Source: an uncultured Planctomycetia bacterium (GTDB lineage: Bacteria > Omnitrophota > Gorgyraeia > Gorgyraeales > Gorgyraeaceae). Taken from it: a stretch of DNA of 64,000 nt. The stretch lies in NCBI GenBank assembly GCA_964566255.1, contig CAZMID010000004.1:3441-67440 (forward strand). The letters run 5' to 3'. Below the pieces are notes generated by a model. That model was not told where the DNA came from and did not search any database. It saw only the letters and a list, made by a program, of their open reading frames with translations. Below, one piece after another: positions 12,197-22,774 of this stretch. The position numbers and the translations under genes were made by a program. Numbering within the stretch: position 1 is the stretch's first letter; each line of letters opens with the position of its first letter.

Positions 12197-13267
12197 CTAA
12201 CGTATAAATAACTTTAAAAACTCATTTGCTGTGTTTGACCATGTAAAATGCTTAGCTTTATCAATGCCTTTTCTAATCAACTCTTCTTTAAGATCTTTAT
12301 CATTAATAATTTTTAACATTGCTTCAGCGATTTCCTTATAATTATCAGGATTTATTAATAAACTTCCATCTTTTGCTATCTCACCACAGGATGATGTCTT
12401 AGATGTAACTACGGGTATACCTGATGCAAATGCCTCTATTATTGGAAAACCAAACCCTTCATAAAATGATGGATATACAAATATAGCCGCATCCCTATAT
12501 AGATTCCTCAATTCCTCATCTTTTACGTAACCTTTGAAAATTATATCTTCCTTAAATTCAGACTCATCGTACGCCTTAAAAATATTCTCAAACATCCATC
12601 CTTTCATACCTACAATATATAATTTATGTTTTATATCAGAATTTTTTCTTAACCATGTAAATGCCTTTATTAGCCCATCTACGTTTTTTCTTGGTTCCAA
12701 AGTCCCTACAAAAAGTATAAAATCTTCTTTTTCTCTACGATCTTCTTTTACTTGTGTAGAAATTTTAAGTATTGGATTTACACCTGGATAAATAACAGAA
12801 ACCTTTGAATCATCTACTTCATAAAACTTTATTAAATCAGACTTTGTATTATAAGAATCCGCTACTATTATGTCTACCTCGGATAAAGATTTCCTGAGTT
12901 TTTGATCAACTTCGCTTATCGTGTGCTCATTATGGCCATATGGATATGCCTTTATAATTACATCATGAACTGTAAGTATAAATTTTGAACCTTTGGGTTT
13001 TGCTAAATCATAGGATGAAGTATGAAATATATCTATATCTGACAAAATTCTATTAGGACCCTTTTTAAAGTAATCTACAGCATGATGGAAATTCCTGGCC
13101 GGAAGTTTAGGCAGTTTTCTTTTAAAATCTAAAATCTTTTTTCTACTATATAAAAAATAGTTATTTTTTAAATCAACTTCTGCAAGGGCATTAATTAGAT
13201 TAGAAGTATATTTTCCTATACCTGTAGATTTTTTAAGGGTGGGACGGATATCTATTGCAATTCTCAT
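12197..13267 (-). CDS. Glycosyltransferase family 4 (MtfB/WbpX-like)
   Basis: FVGTLEPRKN, YPSFYEGFGFPIIEA. Confidence 0.9.
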   Translation of the reverse strand: MRIAIDIRPTLKKSTGIGKYTSNLINALAEVDLKNNYFLYSRKKILDFKRKLPKLPARNFHHAVDYFKKGPNRILSDIDIFHTSSYDLAKPKGSKFILTVHDVIIKAYPYGHNEHTISEVDQKLRKSLSEVDIIVADSYNTKSDLIKFYEVDDSKVSVIYPGVNPILKISTQVKEDRREKEDFILFVGTLEPRKNVDGLIKAFTWLRKNSDIKHKLYIVGMKGWMFENIFKAYDESEFKEDIIFKGYVKDEELRNLYRDAAIFVYPSFYEGFGFPIIEAFASGIPVVTSKTSSCGEIAKDGSLLINPDNYKEIAEAMLKIINDKDLKEELIRKGIDKAKHFTWSNTANEFLKLFIR

Positions 13268-13268
13268 A

Positions 13269-15047
13269 TTATTTTGGAAGGATATCTTGCATCTTTTTAC
13301 AGCTTATATCCAAGCTTCTACAAGAATCCACTACTTCTCCAAAAATATCCTTTGAAAGGCGCGGTATTGCTATTATTAATTCATTTACCCTGCTATGCCT
13401 TGCAATCTTTTCAATATCTTTCCTTGGGCCAAGAACAGGAACACCATGTATGTTTCTACCTATCTTTTCTTCGTCATCATCTAAAAAGCCAACAGGCTTA
13501 TAATGTAAAAGTTTATTATTCTTTATTTCCCTTAAAGTAAATTCTCCTGCATCCCCTGCACCATAAATCAAAACCTTCTTGCCATCTAAACTAACCTGGT
13601 CAAATATCTCTTTATAAACCCTTTCGAGAATCCTTGATCCTGAAATTAAAACAAAAAGTAAAAGCCAATCTATAACAAAAACTGCTCTTGAGAATCCCTG
13701 AAAACGCCACATAAAAAGAATGGTTGCTGCAGATACAATCGAAGCAAGAGAAATCCCTTTAAATACGTTTATAAGATCAGGTATAGACACATATCTCCAG
13801 ACACCTCTATAAAGTCCACATTTAAAAAATACAATATACTTTATAATTACTATTAAAGGCAGAGATTTTACAATAATATCCTGGTTTTTAATAGATAACA
13901 TGCCTTCAAACCTTAAAAGATATGCTGATATGTATGCCACGCATATCAACACAAAATCTCCGCCTACTTCTAAAATCCTTCTCTTATGCATCAGCACATT
14001 GTTCAATACAACATTACCATTTTTATTTTTTAAATTAGTTACTTCTCCAACTGGATATACTTTTACCTTGCCCAAAAAGGCTGCAAAATATATCAGGATT
14101 ACAGAAGCAAGCAAAACGAGCATGACTGTCACAACTGGATTTGCATACATAGACAAAACACTCACAGCTCCAAAAAATATGCTTATGATATACAGAACTA
14201 TTACGGTATTCCTTTCAGAAAGCCCTAATACTACCATTCTATGTGAAATATGGTCCTTACCTCCCTGAAAAACCTTGCGAGAACTGATGCCTCTTATAAA
14301 CGTAACAAATGCTGTATCAAATATAGGAACCGCTAACACTAAAACAGGGATAGCAAGCATCATAATTAAATGGGTAGATTCTTTCCAGCTACCCTGTAAT
14401 GCCATTGTAGCAAGCATAAAACCTATAAACATACTACCACAATCACCCATAAAGATCTGGGCAGGAGAAAAGTTATATCTCAAAAATCCCAATAGACTTC
14501 CAGCAAGAATTAACATCGGTAATGCAACCAAGAAATTCCCATTCAAAAATGCCCATAAAAATAGAACAACACTCGCAATAACCGCAACTCCACTTGAAAG
14601 GCCATCCATATTATCAAGTAAATTAAAGGCATTGACAACTGCTATCATCCATAGAATTGTAAGGGGCATTCTTATTATCTGGTAAGGTATTACTTTTATA
14701 CTCACGCCAAAGCTAACTAATAAAGATGCAACGATTATCTGCCCTATAAGCTTTGTAGAAGGCTTTATATGCATAACGTCGTCAAAAAGTCCCAGGGCAA
14801 AAATAATACTCCCACATAATATAATACTAGCAGTTTCAAAAGTAGGCTTTACAAAAATAATATATGGAATAATAAATGAAAAGAAAATACCTATGCCACC
14901 AAAAAGCGCTGTTTCCTTCTTGTGCCATCTGTCTTCTTTTGGTTTAGCAAGGTAACCTTTAACTATAGCTATCCTTCTAATAACAGGTGCTAAAAGTATG
15001 GACATAGCAAATGAGGTAAGAAATGGAATAAGGTAAGTTTTAAACAT
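13269..15047 (-). CDS. WecA/MraY-family undecaprenyl-phosphate sugar-1-phosphate transferase fused to a 4-TM plus Rossmann (CoA-binding/CapD N-terminal-like) domain
   Basis: LFDD, NAFNLLDNMDGL, IFMGDCGS, PIFDT, DHISHR; C-terminal GLYRGVWRY, YGAGDAG, GFLDDD, GVPVLG. Alternative TTG start at 15059. Confidence 0.85.
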   Translation of the reverse strand: MFKTYLIPFLTSFAMSILLAPVIRRIAIVKGYLAKPKEDRWHKKETALFGGIGIFFSFIIPYIIFVKPTFETASIILCGSIIFALGLFDDVMHIKPSTKLIGQIIVASLLVSFGVSIKVIPYQIIRMPLTILWMIAVVNAFNLLDNMDGLSSGVAVIASVVLFLWAFLNGNFLVALPMLILAGSLLGFLRYNFSPAQIFMGDCGSMFIGFMLATMALQGSWKESTHLIMMLAIPVLVLAVPIFDTAFVTFIRGISSRKVFQGGKDHISHRMVVLGLSERNTVIVLYIISIFFGAVSVLSMYANPVVTVMLVLLASVILIYFAAFLGKVKVYPVGEVTNLKNKNGNVVLNNVLMHKRRILEVGGDFVLICVAYISAYLLRFEGMLSIKNQDIIVKSLPLIVIIKYIVFFKCGLYRGVWRYVSIPDLINVFKGISLASIVSAATILFMWRFQGFSRAVFVIDWLLLFVLISGSRILERVYKEIFDQVSLDGKKVLIYGAGDAGEFTLREIKNNKLLHYKPVGFLDDDEEKIGRNIHGVPVLGPRKDIEKIARHSRVNELIIAIPRLSKDIFGEVVDSCRSLDISCKKMQDILPK

Positions 15048-15064
15048 AAAGGAGGTCAAGAAGG

Positions 15065-16027
15065 CTAATTTTCTCTACAATACTCTACTACACTTTTAAT
15101 AATCCCCTCGAGATTTATAGTTGGACTAAAGCCTATTGCTTTTTTAATCTTTGCAGTATCAGGCATCCTGCGCTGCATATCTTCAAATCCCTCTTCGTAG
15201 GCTTTATCATATGGTATATAAACTACTTCTGATTTACTCTTTGTAATTCCTATTACTCTTTTAGCAAGGTCTTCTATAGTTATTTCCTCCTGACTGCCTA
15301 TATTGAACACCTTACCTACAGCATCTTTATTATTCATTAACTTCATAAGCGCACTTACTGCGTCTTTAACATGCAAAAAACACCTTGATTGCTTTCCATT
15401 GCCATAAACGGTTATCTCCTTATCTTTGAGTGCCTGATTTACAAACCTGGGGACAACCATACCATAATTGCCAGTCTGCCTCGGGCCCACTGTATTAAAA
15501 AGCCTTACTATTACAGCAGGTACTTTTTTCTGTCTCCAATAAATATAAGCAAGCATCTCATCTAAGGCCTTTGCAGTAGAATATCCCCACCTTGCTTTCA
15601 ATGGAGAGCCTAAAATTCTATCATCCTCTTCTTTTAAAGGACCATTACTGTTTTTACCATATATCTCTGAAGTAGAAGTTATAAGGACTTTCTTATGATA
15701 GCGATACACCATGTCCAAAACAACTTCGCTTCCCTTTATATTTGTAACCAGCGATTCCAGAGGTTTTTTTACTATTAAATCCACACCTACTGCAGCAGCT
15801 AAATGATATACTACATCACATTTTTCAACAAGTTTATCCACCAACATCTCATTTAAAATAGTACCTTCAACAAAACGAAATCTCTTATTCTCTTCCAGAT
15901 GAGCAATATTTTCAAATCTGCCAGTTGATAGATTATCTAGTACGACAACATCATCTCCACCTGTAATCAGTTCGTCTGCCAAATGAGACCCAATAAACCC
16001 TGCGCCACCTGTAATCAATATCTTCAC
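15065..16027 (-). CDS. NAD-dependent nucleotide-sugar epimerase/dehydratase (extended SDR)
   Basis: TGGAGFIG, HLAAAVGV, STSEIYG, YxxxK, RLFNTVGPRQ. Confidence 0.88.
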   Translation of the reverse strand: MKILITGGAGFIGSHLADELITGGDDVVVLDNLSTGRFENIAHLEENKRFRFVEGTILNEMLVDKLVEKCDVVYHLAAAVGVDLIVKKPLESLVTNIKGSEVVLDMVYRYHKKVLITSTSEIYGKNSNGPLKEEDDRILGSPLKARWGYSTAKALDEMLAYIYWRQKKVPAVIVRLFNTVGPRQTGNYGMVVPRFVNQALKDKEITVYGNGKQSRCFLHVKDAVSALMKLMNNKDAVGKVFNIGSQEEITIEDLAKRVIGITKSKSEVVYIPYDKAYEEGFEDMQRRMPDTAKIKKAIGFSPTINLEGIIKSVVEYCREN

Positions 16028-17205
16028 AACACTCTTCTCCTATTTGATAGAAGGGTATTATACAACCTATCTATATCATTTATCAACCTTTCTTTTAAAA
16101 ATCTATTTTTCGCTACCTCTCTGGCGTATTCTCCAAATCTCTCTCTTTTATTACGATCATCTATCAAATCTTGAAGTTTCTTCGAAAAATTCTCATCATC
16201 TTTAGGACCTATAAGGTATCCACTCTTATTGTCCTCTACTATATCTGAAACCCCACCTACTTTAGCTGCCACAACTGGCCTTGCAGCAGCCATAGCCTCA
16301 ATTATAGATACCGGGGTCCCTTCATTCAAAGATGTCAATGCTACAATATCCAGCTCTTTATAGATCCCATGCAAATCCTTTATCCAACCCTTAAACTCTA
16401 CCATATCCTCTATATTTAACTCTTTAGCGTAATCTTTCAACTCTTGACTCAACTTTCCATCTCCAATAATCAGAAATTTCACCTTTAGCCCTTTATCCTT
16501 CACGCCTTTAGCTACCCTGAATAACATCCTGTGATTCTTCACTGGCACCAATCTTCCTATAATCCCGATATTTATGCAATCCGAGTTCTCTCTCGCATGC
16601 AATTTTAATAATTCACTGAGGTTAAATCCTAATTCTATTACAGAAAATTTTTTTTCTTGTGCTATTTTGAATTTTTCAACGAGCTCTTTTTTTAGAGATT
16701 CACCTACTGTAACAACCCTATCTGTAAAAAGCGCCAATATTCTTTCTATCCATATGAAAAAAAAGGTCTTAATCGTTCCAAAATAACTATGCAATACATG
16801 ACCATGAAAGGTATGCACTAAAATAATTCTCTTCTCTTTCCTCTTTGTAGTAAGGGCAAAGAAAAAATTATACAGAACTCCAGCTAGTCTCCCTAATGTC
16901 CCTGCCTTCGCAGTATGTGTATGTATAATATCTGGTTTTTCCCTACAAATAATCCTGTATATATTCCAAAAGGTCCTCCAGTCATTCCTGATAGATAATT
17001 CCCTACCTAATTCCTTCACAATGATTGGCTCAATTCCTTTTTCCCTTATCAGATACATCATATCGCCTTCAGACTCACTGACTTCACCACATAAAAGAAT
17101 TGTCTCAAATCCCTTATTATGCAATCCTTCTGTTAAAAGTACTGCATTCCTCGCCGGGCCTCCTATATTAAGTCTCGCGATTATCCTTAAAACTTTAGCA
17201 TTCAT
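16024..17205 (-). CDS. Glycosyltransferase family 4
   Basis: ARLNIGGP, HTHTAKAG, GRLVPVKN, SLNEGTPVSIIEA. Confidence 0.9.
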   Translation of the reverse strand: MNAKVLRIIARLNIGGPARNAVLLTEGLHNKGFETILLCGEVSESEGDMMYLIREKGIEPIIVKELGRELSIRNDWRTFWNIYRIICREKPDIIHTHTAKAGTLGRLAGVLYNFFFALTTKRKEKRIILVHTFHGHVLHSYFGTIKTFFFIWIERILALFTDRVVTVGESLKKELVEKFKIAQEKKFSVIELGFNLSELLKLHARENSDCINIGIIGRLVPVKNHRMLFRVAKGVKDKGLKVKFLIIGDGKLSQELKDYAKELNIEDMVEFKGWIKDLHGIYKELDIVALTSLNEGTPVSIIEAMAAARPVVAAKVGGVSDIVEDNKSGYLIGPKDDENFSKKLQDLIDDRNKRERFGEYAREVAKNRFLKERLINDIDRLYNTLLSNRRRVL

Positions 17206-17215
17206 AATAGCTCAT

Positions 17216-18334
17216 TCAAAAAAAATCCTTTATGTAACTTACTATTCGATCCTGGTCTTTTAAAGTCAAGTCGGGATAAAGAGGAAGGGTTAAGAGTTTC
17301 TTCCAGGCAGCTTCTGTTGCAGGACAATCTGCCTTGAATTTTTTATACATTCTGTAATGATAATTAGGTATATAGTGCACTCCCGTAGATACACCTTTCT
17401 TCTGAAGGTAGATATTTAATCTATCCCTTTCATCACTTTTTATTACATAATTATGATGAGAACTTCTTACATATCTTTTTACCACAGGAACTTCTATTGA
17501 AGGCATGTTTTTCAATAGGTTATTATACTGAAAACTTAACCTCCGTCTTCTATTATTCATTTTGTCAAGCTTCCTTAACTGCACAATTCCTATCGCAGCT
17601 GGGATATCATTCATATGATATTTAAAACCTACTTCCTCGACATCATAATACCAAGAGTATTTTTTAATAAAACTTTTTTCTTCTTTCTCTCTATCCCATG
17701 TAGCTTTTGTAATCCCAAGCCATCTCAATTTTTTAAGCTTCTCGTAAACCTTTCTATCATTTGTCGTTACCATACCACCCTCACCTGTAGCAAGATTTTT
17801 TACTGCATGAAAAGAAAAACAAGCGATGTCTCCTAAAATACCGACTTTCTTATCTTTATACTCGGCTCCACAAGCATGCGCTGCATCCTCTATTATCTTT
17901 ATATTTTTAGCCTTTGCAAACCTTCTTATAGGATCCATATCACACGGGTGTCCACCATAATGCATTGTAATTATTGCCTTTGTTTTCCTGGTAATTTTCT
18001 TCTCAATTTCTTCTAAGCTGATATTCAAGGTATCTGGCTCTATGTCACAAAATAGAGGTCTAGCCTTATTGTACAAAATAGCATGATTTGTGGAAATAAA
18101 TGTCATAGGGGTTGTCAAGACCTCTCCTCCCTCTACACCCATAACTTTTAATGCAAGATGAAGTGCAGCAGTGCAGGAATTTAAAGCCACCGCATATTTT
18201 GCACCTATATATTTTGCAAAGGAATTTTCAAATTCTTGGGTCTTTGGGCCGAGTCCTACCCATCCTGAATTCATAACTCTTTTAACTGCTTCAAATTCTT
18301 CTTTTCCGTATGAAGGTTTAAATACTGGTATCAT
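17216..18334 (-). CDS. DegT/DnrJ/EryC1/StrS sugar aminotransferase
   Basis: NSCTAALH, EDAAHA, FSFHAVKNL..GEGG (PLP lysine). Alternative TTG start at 18340. Confidence 0.9.
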   Translation of the reverse strand: MIPVFKPSYGKEEFEAVKRVMNSGWVGLGPKTQEFENSFAKYIGAKYAVALNSCTAALHLALKVMGVEGGEVLTTPMTFISTNHAILYNKARPLFCDIEPDTLNISLEEIEKKITRKTKAIITMHYGGHPCDMDPIRRFAKAKNIKIIEDAAHACGAEYKDKKVGILGDIACFSFHAVKNLATGEGGMVTTNDRKVYEKLKKLRWLGITKATWDREKEEKSFIKKYSWYYDVEEVGFKYHMNDIPAAIGIVQLRKLDKMNNRRRRLSFQYNNLLKNMPSIEVPVVKRYVRSSHHNYVIKSDERDRLNIYLQKKGVSTGVHYIPNYHYRMYKKFKADCPATEAAWKKLLTLPLYPDLTLKDQDRIVSYIKDFF

Positions 18335-18336
18335 AA

Positions 18337-20181
18337 TCAAATATATCCTTTAAGCCAATAATAGACTATACCCAGATATTCATGCATAATAGCTCTTATC
18401 TGTTTCAATTTTACCCCTTCTCCCCTATAATAAAACTGGCTCTTCTCTACTGGAGTATAAAAAACCTTTATGCCTTCAGCACATTTATTAAATACTAGCG
18501 ATACCCGCCGCATATTATAAGGTGAGGAAATCAATAATATTGAATCCCATTTATGCCTATCTAATATATCTTTTGAAAACAGAACATTTTCATAGCTGCT
18601 ATTTGCTTTTTGTTCTAAAATAATATCCCTATTAGAAACTCCCATAGAAATAGCGAATAGCCGCATATTTTCTGCATCATTGTAATTGTAAGTATAGCCA
18701 GATGAAAATATTATCTTATCTGCATAGCCTTCGTTATATAGCTCTGTCGCGTATCTTGCTCTCTCCATAGTACTCTTACCAGGTGAACCTGTTTCACCCA
18801 CACCGCCTCCAAATACAACAATAGCATCACTTTTTTGCGGTGGTTCAGAAATCTTTAAAGGACTGGCCAAAAACCAAAGAAAGGGTGCTTTAAATAACAA
18901 AAAATACGACAAGAAACAAACTATGGCTAAACGTAGTGTTCTTTTTCTTATAACTCTATAAAAATTAACTAGATTTTCTTTCCACCTTGCTTCCATATCT
19001 GTTTTTTTTCTTTCCATCTCTTTTTGTATTAAATTATCCATCTTTTCAATGCGATTTTCCCAGTTATTTTGTCTAGCTACCTCGACTCTCTTTTGTCTTA
19101 AAATCTGATTATCCTCAACAACAGCCTTATCGATATATTTGCTGAATTCTTTTTTATCGCTTGCCACATATACTATATCTCCATATTCATTATTAAATGA
19201 AATTACCTCTGGTAAGGATGTCGATATAACAGCCTTTCCTAATGCAAGATACTCATTTAATTTAGTAGGATAGACATTCTTTGTGTAATCAGCAATAACA
19301 TATGGAATAAGGCATACATCAAAATTCTTTATAAAGAGAGGTAGATCTTTATGGTCTTTATTTCCCAAAAAATAAACATTTTTATAAGGCGATATCGAAG
19401 CTATATTCGTCTGTATAGGCCCTACGAATACAAAAGAATAATCCGAGTGCCTCTCTATCATTTCCTTTATTAAACCCTGGTCTATCCATTTATGCACACC
19501 TCCTACGTAACCGATTATAGGGGGTTTAATATTTTTAAAGTCTTTAGGAGTAATATTTTCTTCTAATCTTGCTTTTTCAAATTCACTAAAATTAACGGCA
19601 AACGGAAAATTATAAACCTTATCATTATATTTAGAACAATGATTAAATAATTCTTTTGAAGTCACGAAAACCAAATCTACATTCTTTAATAATTTTCTTT
19701 CCGATCTTTCTATCTTTTTAGCTGATATCGAACTAACAGAAAAGCTATCGATACAATAATAAATAAAGACCTTTTTTATAACATTATTGGCTATATCCAA
19801 ACTCAAAGGTGTTGGTAAAAATGTCCATATAATCGGGTCGTTAAAATCCATCACCTTCGTCCATTTCGTCAGAATAGATAAAATCAAATACCGATTAAAC
19901 CATCTTGCTATTCGTAAATAAGGAAACGGCAAAACCAAAGGAGAAAATACATATAGATTTTCGGTCTCTTTTCTTATGCCCTTTACGCCTCTAAACCAAT
20001 TCTTTATTCTTTTCCTGATGCGGGAGATGTCTTTTATTCCAGGTGAACGCACCCCAGTGTTTTCTATAAAAAGAACTCTATTGCCATTCTTGGCAAAAGT
20101 CGCCATTACCTCTTGGTGCCCCTGCCAGATAAAATCCCAGTCAATACTGGATATGCAAATTATATTTTCTCCCTTTATCAT
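18337..20181 (-). CDS. GT-B glycosyltransferase (TuaH-like) fused via a TM helix to a DUF218/ElyC-like domain
   Basis: N-terminal YYCID, PIIGYVG, PTKLNEYLA; C-terminal DAIVVFGGG, IIFSSG, ILEQKANSSYEN, HEYLGIVYY. Confidence 0.8.
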   Translation of the reverse strand: MIKGENIICISSIDWDFIWQGHQEVMATFAKNGNRVLFIENTGVRSPGIKDISRIRKRIKNWFRGVKGIRKETENLYVFSPLVLPFPYLRIARWFNRYLILSILTKWTKVMDFNDPIIWTFLPTPLSLDIANNVIKKVFIYYCIDSFSVSSISAKKIERSERKLLKNVDLVFVTSKELFNHCSKYNDKVYNFPFAVNFSEFEKARLEENITPKDFKNIKPPIIGYVGGVHKWIDQGLIKEMIERHSDYSFVFVGPIQTNIASISPYKNVYFLGNKDHKDLPLFIKNFDVCLIPYVIADYTKNVYPTKLNEYLALGKAVISTSLPEVISFNNEYGDIVYVASDKKEFSKYIDKAVVEDNQILRQKRVEVARQNNWENRIEKMDNLIQKEMERKKTDMEARWKENLVNFYRVIRKRTLRLAIVCFLSYFLLFKAPFLWFLASPLKISEPPQKSDAIVVFGGGVGETGSPGKSTMERARYATELYNEGYADKIIFSSGYTYNYNDAENMRLFAISMGVSNRDIILEQKANSSYENVLFSKDILDRHKWDSILLISSPYNMRRVSLVFNKCAEGIKVFYTPVEKSQFYYRGEGVKLKQIRAIMHEYLGIVYYWLKGYI

Positions 20182-21275
20182 ACAAAATTACCTCTGTCCC
20201 TTAACTTCATACCAAGAAGAACCCTGATAAGTTGAATTGGAGTTAGGGAGAAATTAGTACAACTTCTACATGCAGGAAATAGACTATTGAAGATCCTTTT
20301 TAAAAAATATTTCCTTCTGGAACTATTTAAAATAGATATGAGGTTTTCTTCCCTTATATTTCCATATTTAAAACCATCTAGGTTTGGACACGGCAATACG
20401 TCTCCATAAGGATCTATGGTGACTATGTTCCTTGCAGCGTAGCACCTCTTTATAGGAACTGTGCTCTCTTTTAAATTAGAATGCTTCCAGCGAATTAGTG
20501 ATTTTAATGAAAATGGTAATTTAAAATCTCTCTCTTTCATCTTTTTAGCGCAATCTTCTAGATCTCTAATATTCGAATCGCTAAAACTCAAGCTCTTTTC
20601 TTTAAATAATATCCTCGAGGAAGCAATACGCCTACCCTTATAAAGAGTGCTACGGAAATGTTCCTCCTTGGTCTGGCATGCATAAGAATATCCTATGCTA
20701 TCCGCGCCTATCCTTTTCTTTAAGTGCCACATATCTCCTACTTCAGCTACGTTCAAATTAGAAAGTGTAACATGGATAGATATAAATGGATTTGTCCTTA
20801 CTAAGTCCTCTCTTGCTTTCTTTAAATGGCTAATAGCAGTTACTGCCTTATCAAATGCTCCTTCGTGCGACCTCATAAGATCATGGCCTTTCCCAACTCT
20901 ATCTATCGATACAATCACATTGTCAAGTCCGCATTCGCAAAGCTCCTTAGCAACCTTGGCATCTATAATAGTAGCATTTGTTGTAACGCTACAGTTAAGC
21001 CCCTTCTTTTTGATATACCTTATAATTGACACTATATCATCTCTCATAAAAGGCTCTGCCCCCGCTAACAGAACCTCATCTATGCCCAACTCCTTCATCT
21101 GGTCTATTACCAAAAAAAGTTCTCGCAAGCTAAGTTCTTCTCGTTTTGGAAGTTTCCATACATCACAAGTAAGGCACCGACAATTGCACCTATAAGTCAA
21201 CTCCAAAACTCCCAAATAAGGCGTATTTCTTAAATATGAATATTCTCTTTTTAAAATAGACACGAGCTCTTTCAT
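20178..21275 (-). CDS. Radical SAM protein with SPASM/twitch-like C-terminal domain
   Basis: CNCRCLTC, (G)AEP, C..IDPYGDVLPC...CRSC. Confidence 0.85.
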   Translation of the reverse strand: MKELVSILKREYSYLRNTPYLGVLELTYRCNCRCLTCDVWKLPKREELSLRELFLVIDQMKELGIDEVLLAGAEPFMRDDIVSIIRYIKKKGLNCSVTTNATIIDAKVAKELCECGLDNVIVSIDRVGKGHDLMRSHEGAFDKAVTAISHLKKAREDLVRTNPFISIHVTLSNLNVAEVGDMWHLKKRIGADSIGYSYACQTKEEHFRSTLYKGRRIASSRILFKEKSLSFSDSNIRDLEDCAKKMKERDFKLPFSLKSLIRWKHSNLKESTVPIKRCYAARNIVTIDPYGDVLPCPNLDGFKYGNIREENLISILNSSRRKYFLKRIFNSLFPACRSCTNFSLTPIQLIRVLLGMKLRDRGNFV

Positions 21276-22774
21276 CGCAAAATTGAACCTTGATATTTTA
21301 CCCTAAATAATTTTCTGGTAAATATAAGTATGGCTTTAACAAAATAAATTAATTTCTCTTCAGGATATGGTCCAATTATATTAAACTTAATCATTACTTT
21401 TGTCCTAAGCCTAAACCACCATCCTACCCACCGTAAGGCTTTAGCTTGAATACAAATCCGCCTGACTATATCAACACTTTTTATTAACCATTTTGAATGA
21501 CCAGGCGTTATGAATGGTAAGCATGTCTTTTCATCCCATTCAAACCTTGCCCAGCTTCCAAGATCTTCTGGAGATTTAAACCCCATTTCAATGCATCTAT
21601 GATATAAGGGCGTTTCAGGATATGGCGTATATATAGATGGACCATAAAATCTTGCACGTGGATATTTATCATGTAATTCCAACATAACCCTATATGTCTC
21701 AAGCAGGTCTTCTTTAGTCTCTCCCGGAAAACCAGCCATAAAGTGATAATAAACTCCCATCTGCCATTTTTTCAGTTTTTCATTTACTTTAAAAACCTTG
21801 TCTAAGTTTATGTCTTTGTGTATTAAATTTAATATTCTCTGAGATCCGCTTTCCACCCCAAAAGTCAATACCTTGCAACCACTTTCTTTTAATAAAGCAA
21901 TGAATGAATCGTCATATCCAGCAAAATAATCTATTCTGCAGTCAGCATGCCAAGCAATCTTAATTTTTCTTTTTATAATCTCATTACAAATGTCGGCAAC
22001 TCTCTGTTTGTCTACAAAAAAATTATCAGCTACAAAATTAATCCCATCTAGTGAAAATTTTTTGACAAGACACTCGATTTGTTCTATCACTTTAGATGCA
22101 GTAAAACATCTCCATTTATGTCCATTTATATTGATATTATAACAAAAGCCACATCTATGAGGACATCCTCTATCCGTATGTAGTTCAAATGTACGCCTAC
22201 AACCAGGAAAGTAGGCCCGTTCTATTTTGATATATTTTTCACAATCTAATAAATGATAAGGCAGCGAATTAAAATTATTTAGATCAATAAATTGAGCCAT
22301 TGGATTTGAGCAAATCTTACCATTTTCTTTCCACCAAACATTTGGTATATTCTTAAGGCTGTTGCCATATTTCATGGTGGTTACTATTTTTAAAAAAGCT
22401 TCCTCTCCCTCACCTTTGACCACAACATCAACTAGGTCATTTTTGATTGTTTGTTCTGGCAACATACTTGCATGCAAACCTCCCCAAATAACCGGTATAT
22501 TAAATCTATCCTTAACAATTTTAGAAAATTTTAATCCTCTTGAAATTTGTCTTCCGGTCATCGAAGAAACCCCTACGCAAACAGTCGACTCATCCAGCTC
22601 TTTATCTAAATCCTCAAGCCAATAAAGATTTGTTTCTGCGTCTACGATCTTTACCTTATAATTATTTTTAGTCAAAGGAGCAGCTATAGATAATAAACCC
22701 AAAGGAGGTCTATAATCCAACGTTATAGTCTCCCCTTTGGACATCTTAGGCCGAAATAAAATTACATCTGCCAT
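21272..22774 (-). CDS. Cobalamin-binding radical SAM protein (class B methyltransferase-like) #1
   Basis: PPLGLLSIAA, WGGLHAS, GEGE, RGCPHRCGFC, GVESGSQRIL. Confidence 0.88.
   Translation of the reverse strand: MADVILFRPKMSKGETITLDYRPPLGLLSIAAPLTKNNYKVKIVDAETNLYWLEDLDKELDESTVCVGVSSMTGRQISRGLKFSKIVKDRFNIPVIWGGLHASMLPEQTIKNDLVDVVVKGEGEEAFLKIVTTMKYGNSLKNIPNVWWKENGKICSNPMAQFIDLNNFNSLPYHLLDCEKYIKIERAYFPGCRRTFELHTDRGCPHRCGFCYNININGHKWRCFTASKVIEQIECLVKKFSLDGINFVADNFFVDKQRVADICNEIIKRKIKIAWHADCRIDYFAGYDDSFIALLKESGCKVLTFGVESGSQRILNLIHKDINLDKVFKVNEKLKKWQMGVYYHFMAGFPGETKEDLLETYRVMLELHDKYPRARFYGPSIYTPYPETPLYHRCIEMGFKSPEDLGSWARFEWDEKTCLPFITPGHSKWLIKSVDIVRRICIQAKALRWVGWWFRLRTKVMIKFNIIGPYPEEKLIYFVKAILIFTRKLFRVKYQGSILR

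Noticed and set aside
16757-16764. A8 homopolymers here and at about 24813, 25123 and 45921 as phase-variation tracts
   Set aside because: Short runs are expected in AT-rich DNA, and all reading frames are intact
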